Shown here in pieces: positions 46,004 to 46,788 of a DNA stretch of 46,788 nt. Under the pieces are notes generated by a model. The model had not been told where the DNA came from. It worked only from the letters and a program-made list of their open reading frames with translations, and searched no databases. Source of the stretch: a virus (Duplodnaviria > Caudoviricetes); IMG/VR virus record IMGVR_UViG_3300045119_000148, positions 1-46,788 of that record. One strand, 5' to 3'. A program made the translations under genes and the position numbers. Positions within the stretch are counted from its first letter, which is position 1, and every line of letters starts with the position of its first letter.

Positions 46004-46788
46004 TCACGTCGGGATGGCAGGTGGCTGGATGATAGACCCCCGCGTCACCCGCTCGTACTCCGCCTTGCGGATGGCGAGTATCTGCTCCTTGGTCGGGGCA
46101 CCGGGCGGGACGACCGGTGGTGGGTACGCCTTCAGCGTGCCGTCCGCCTTCTTCAGGTACATCACCTTCAGGTTGGTGGGCACGTTGCTGCTGGGCTCGT
46201 AGCCCACCGCGTAGTCGCCCGCCTTGGTGTACCCAGCCAAGGGCATGTCGCGGGCCGGGGAAATCTGGATGTTGCCGTTGTCGGTGCGGAAGTCCGAGTA
46301 GATGTACAGCCACTTGCCCGACGGCACATCCACCTGCATGGGCTTGGCGGGCGTGGTCACGTAGTCGTCCTCCGTACTGGAGCCAGTGGGCGGGGTCACG
46401 GGCGGCGGGGTGGGCTTGACCGGGGGCACGTACTTGACCGTGGTCGTGTTGTGGCCCGCGTCCCACAACGCTTGGTCGATGTCGGCCCACTTGGTCCACG
46501 TGCCCTGCGAGCCCTGTGCGTAGAGCGGGTCGAAGTAGCCGATGTAGGTCACACCGTTCTCGACCCGGTGCCCGAACAGGACGGCGCAGTGGCCGAAGTC
46601 GTTGGTCTGCACCTTCAGGTACGAGGGAAGGCGGATGTACTGGAGGGAGATGGTGACCGCAAAGCCCTGCTTGACTCGCGCTTCGACGGCGGTCTTCTTG
46701 ATGGCGGTGAGGGCAACGGCCAGTGCCTTCTGCGCACCGACACGCTGCTCGCTGGCGTTGGACCCTGCCCAATGTGCCCCCCCACCCA
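46004..46788 (-). CDS. Endolysin, C39-like peptidase: C-terminal part (starts at 310 across the junction)
   Basis: GHCAVLFG..IGYFDP, then a Pro-rich linker and a putative cell-wall-binding C-terminal domain. Confidence 0.7.
   Translation of the reverse strand, partial: GGGAHWAGSNASEQRVGAQKALAVALTAIKKTAVEARVKQGFAVTISLQYIRLPSYLKVQTNDFGHCAVLFGHRVENGVTYIGYFDPLYAQGSQGTWTKWADIDQALWDAGHNTTTVKYVPPVKPTPPPVTPPTGSSTEDDYVTTPAKPMQVDVPSGKWLYIYSDFRTDNGNIQISPARDMPLAGYTKAGDYAVGYEPSSNVPTNLKVMYLKKADGTLKAYPPPVVPPGAPTKEQILAIRKAEYERVTRGSIIQPPAIPT
46654..46788. repeat. Terminal direct repeat, right copy
   Basis: Matches positions 1-135. Confidence 0.95.

Overview
The window looks like a complete, circularly assembled GC-rich tailed dsDNA phage genome. 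Positions 1-135 repeat at 46654-46788 with one mismatch, giving a unit length of about 46,653 bp. A long minus-strand late arm runs SSB-like, terminase, portal, a 949-aa and a 2668-aa putative ejection protein, scaffold, major capsid, adaptor, Dit-like, two tail-tip/receptor-binding proteins, holin-like genes, a C39-like endolysin that spans the assembly junction, and small virion genes. The 2668-aa protein carries an ADP-ribosyltransferase domain and an HExxH domain. The plus strand carries a primase-helicase with an inverted-repeat origin candidate, and an early arm: MoxR/CobS-like AAA+ ATPase, split CobT-like and vWA genes, a second ART-like protein, RusA, an Acb2/Tad1-like sponge, a PD-(D/E)XK exonuclease and Endo VII. 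The arms converge on a terminator at about 44.2 kb. The most unusual part is the ~2 kb gene-poor interval at 31.1-33.0 kb. It holds an array of near-perfect short-loop hairpins, then a ~520-nt multi-branched RNA-like structure I cannot assign to a known class, then a type III hammerhead ribozyme-like motif whose stem III competes with a hairpin hiding the RBS of a Cys-rich ORF. GNA-triloop hairpins continue inside the early genes. I saw no integrase, replicative DNA polymerase, tail tube or tape measure gene, tRNA or CRISPR array. The host cannot be determined from the sequence. All calls are by eye from motifs and synteny; no searches were run.
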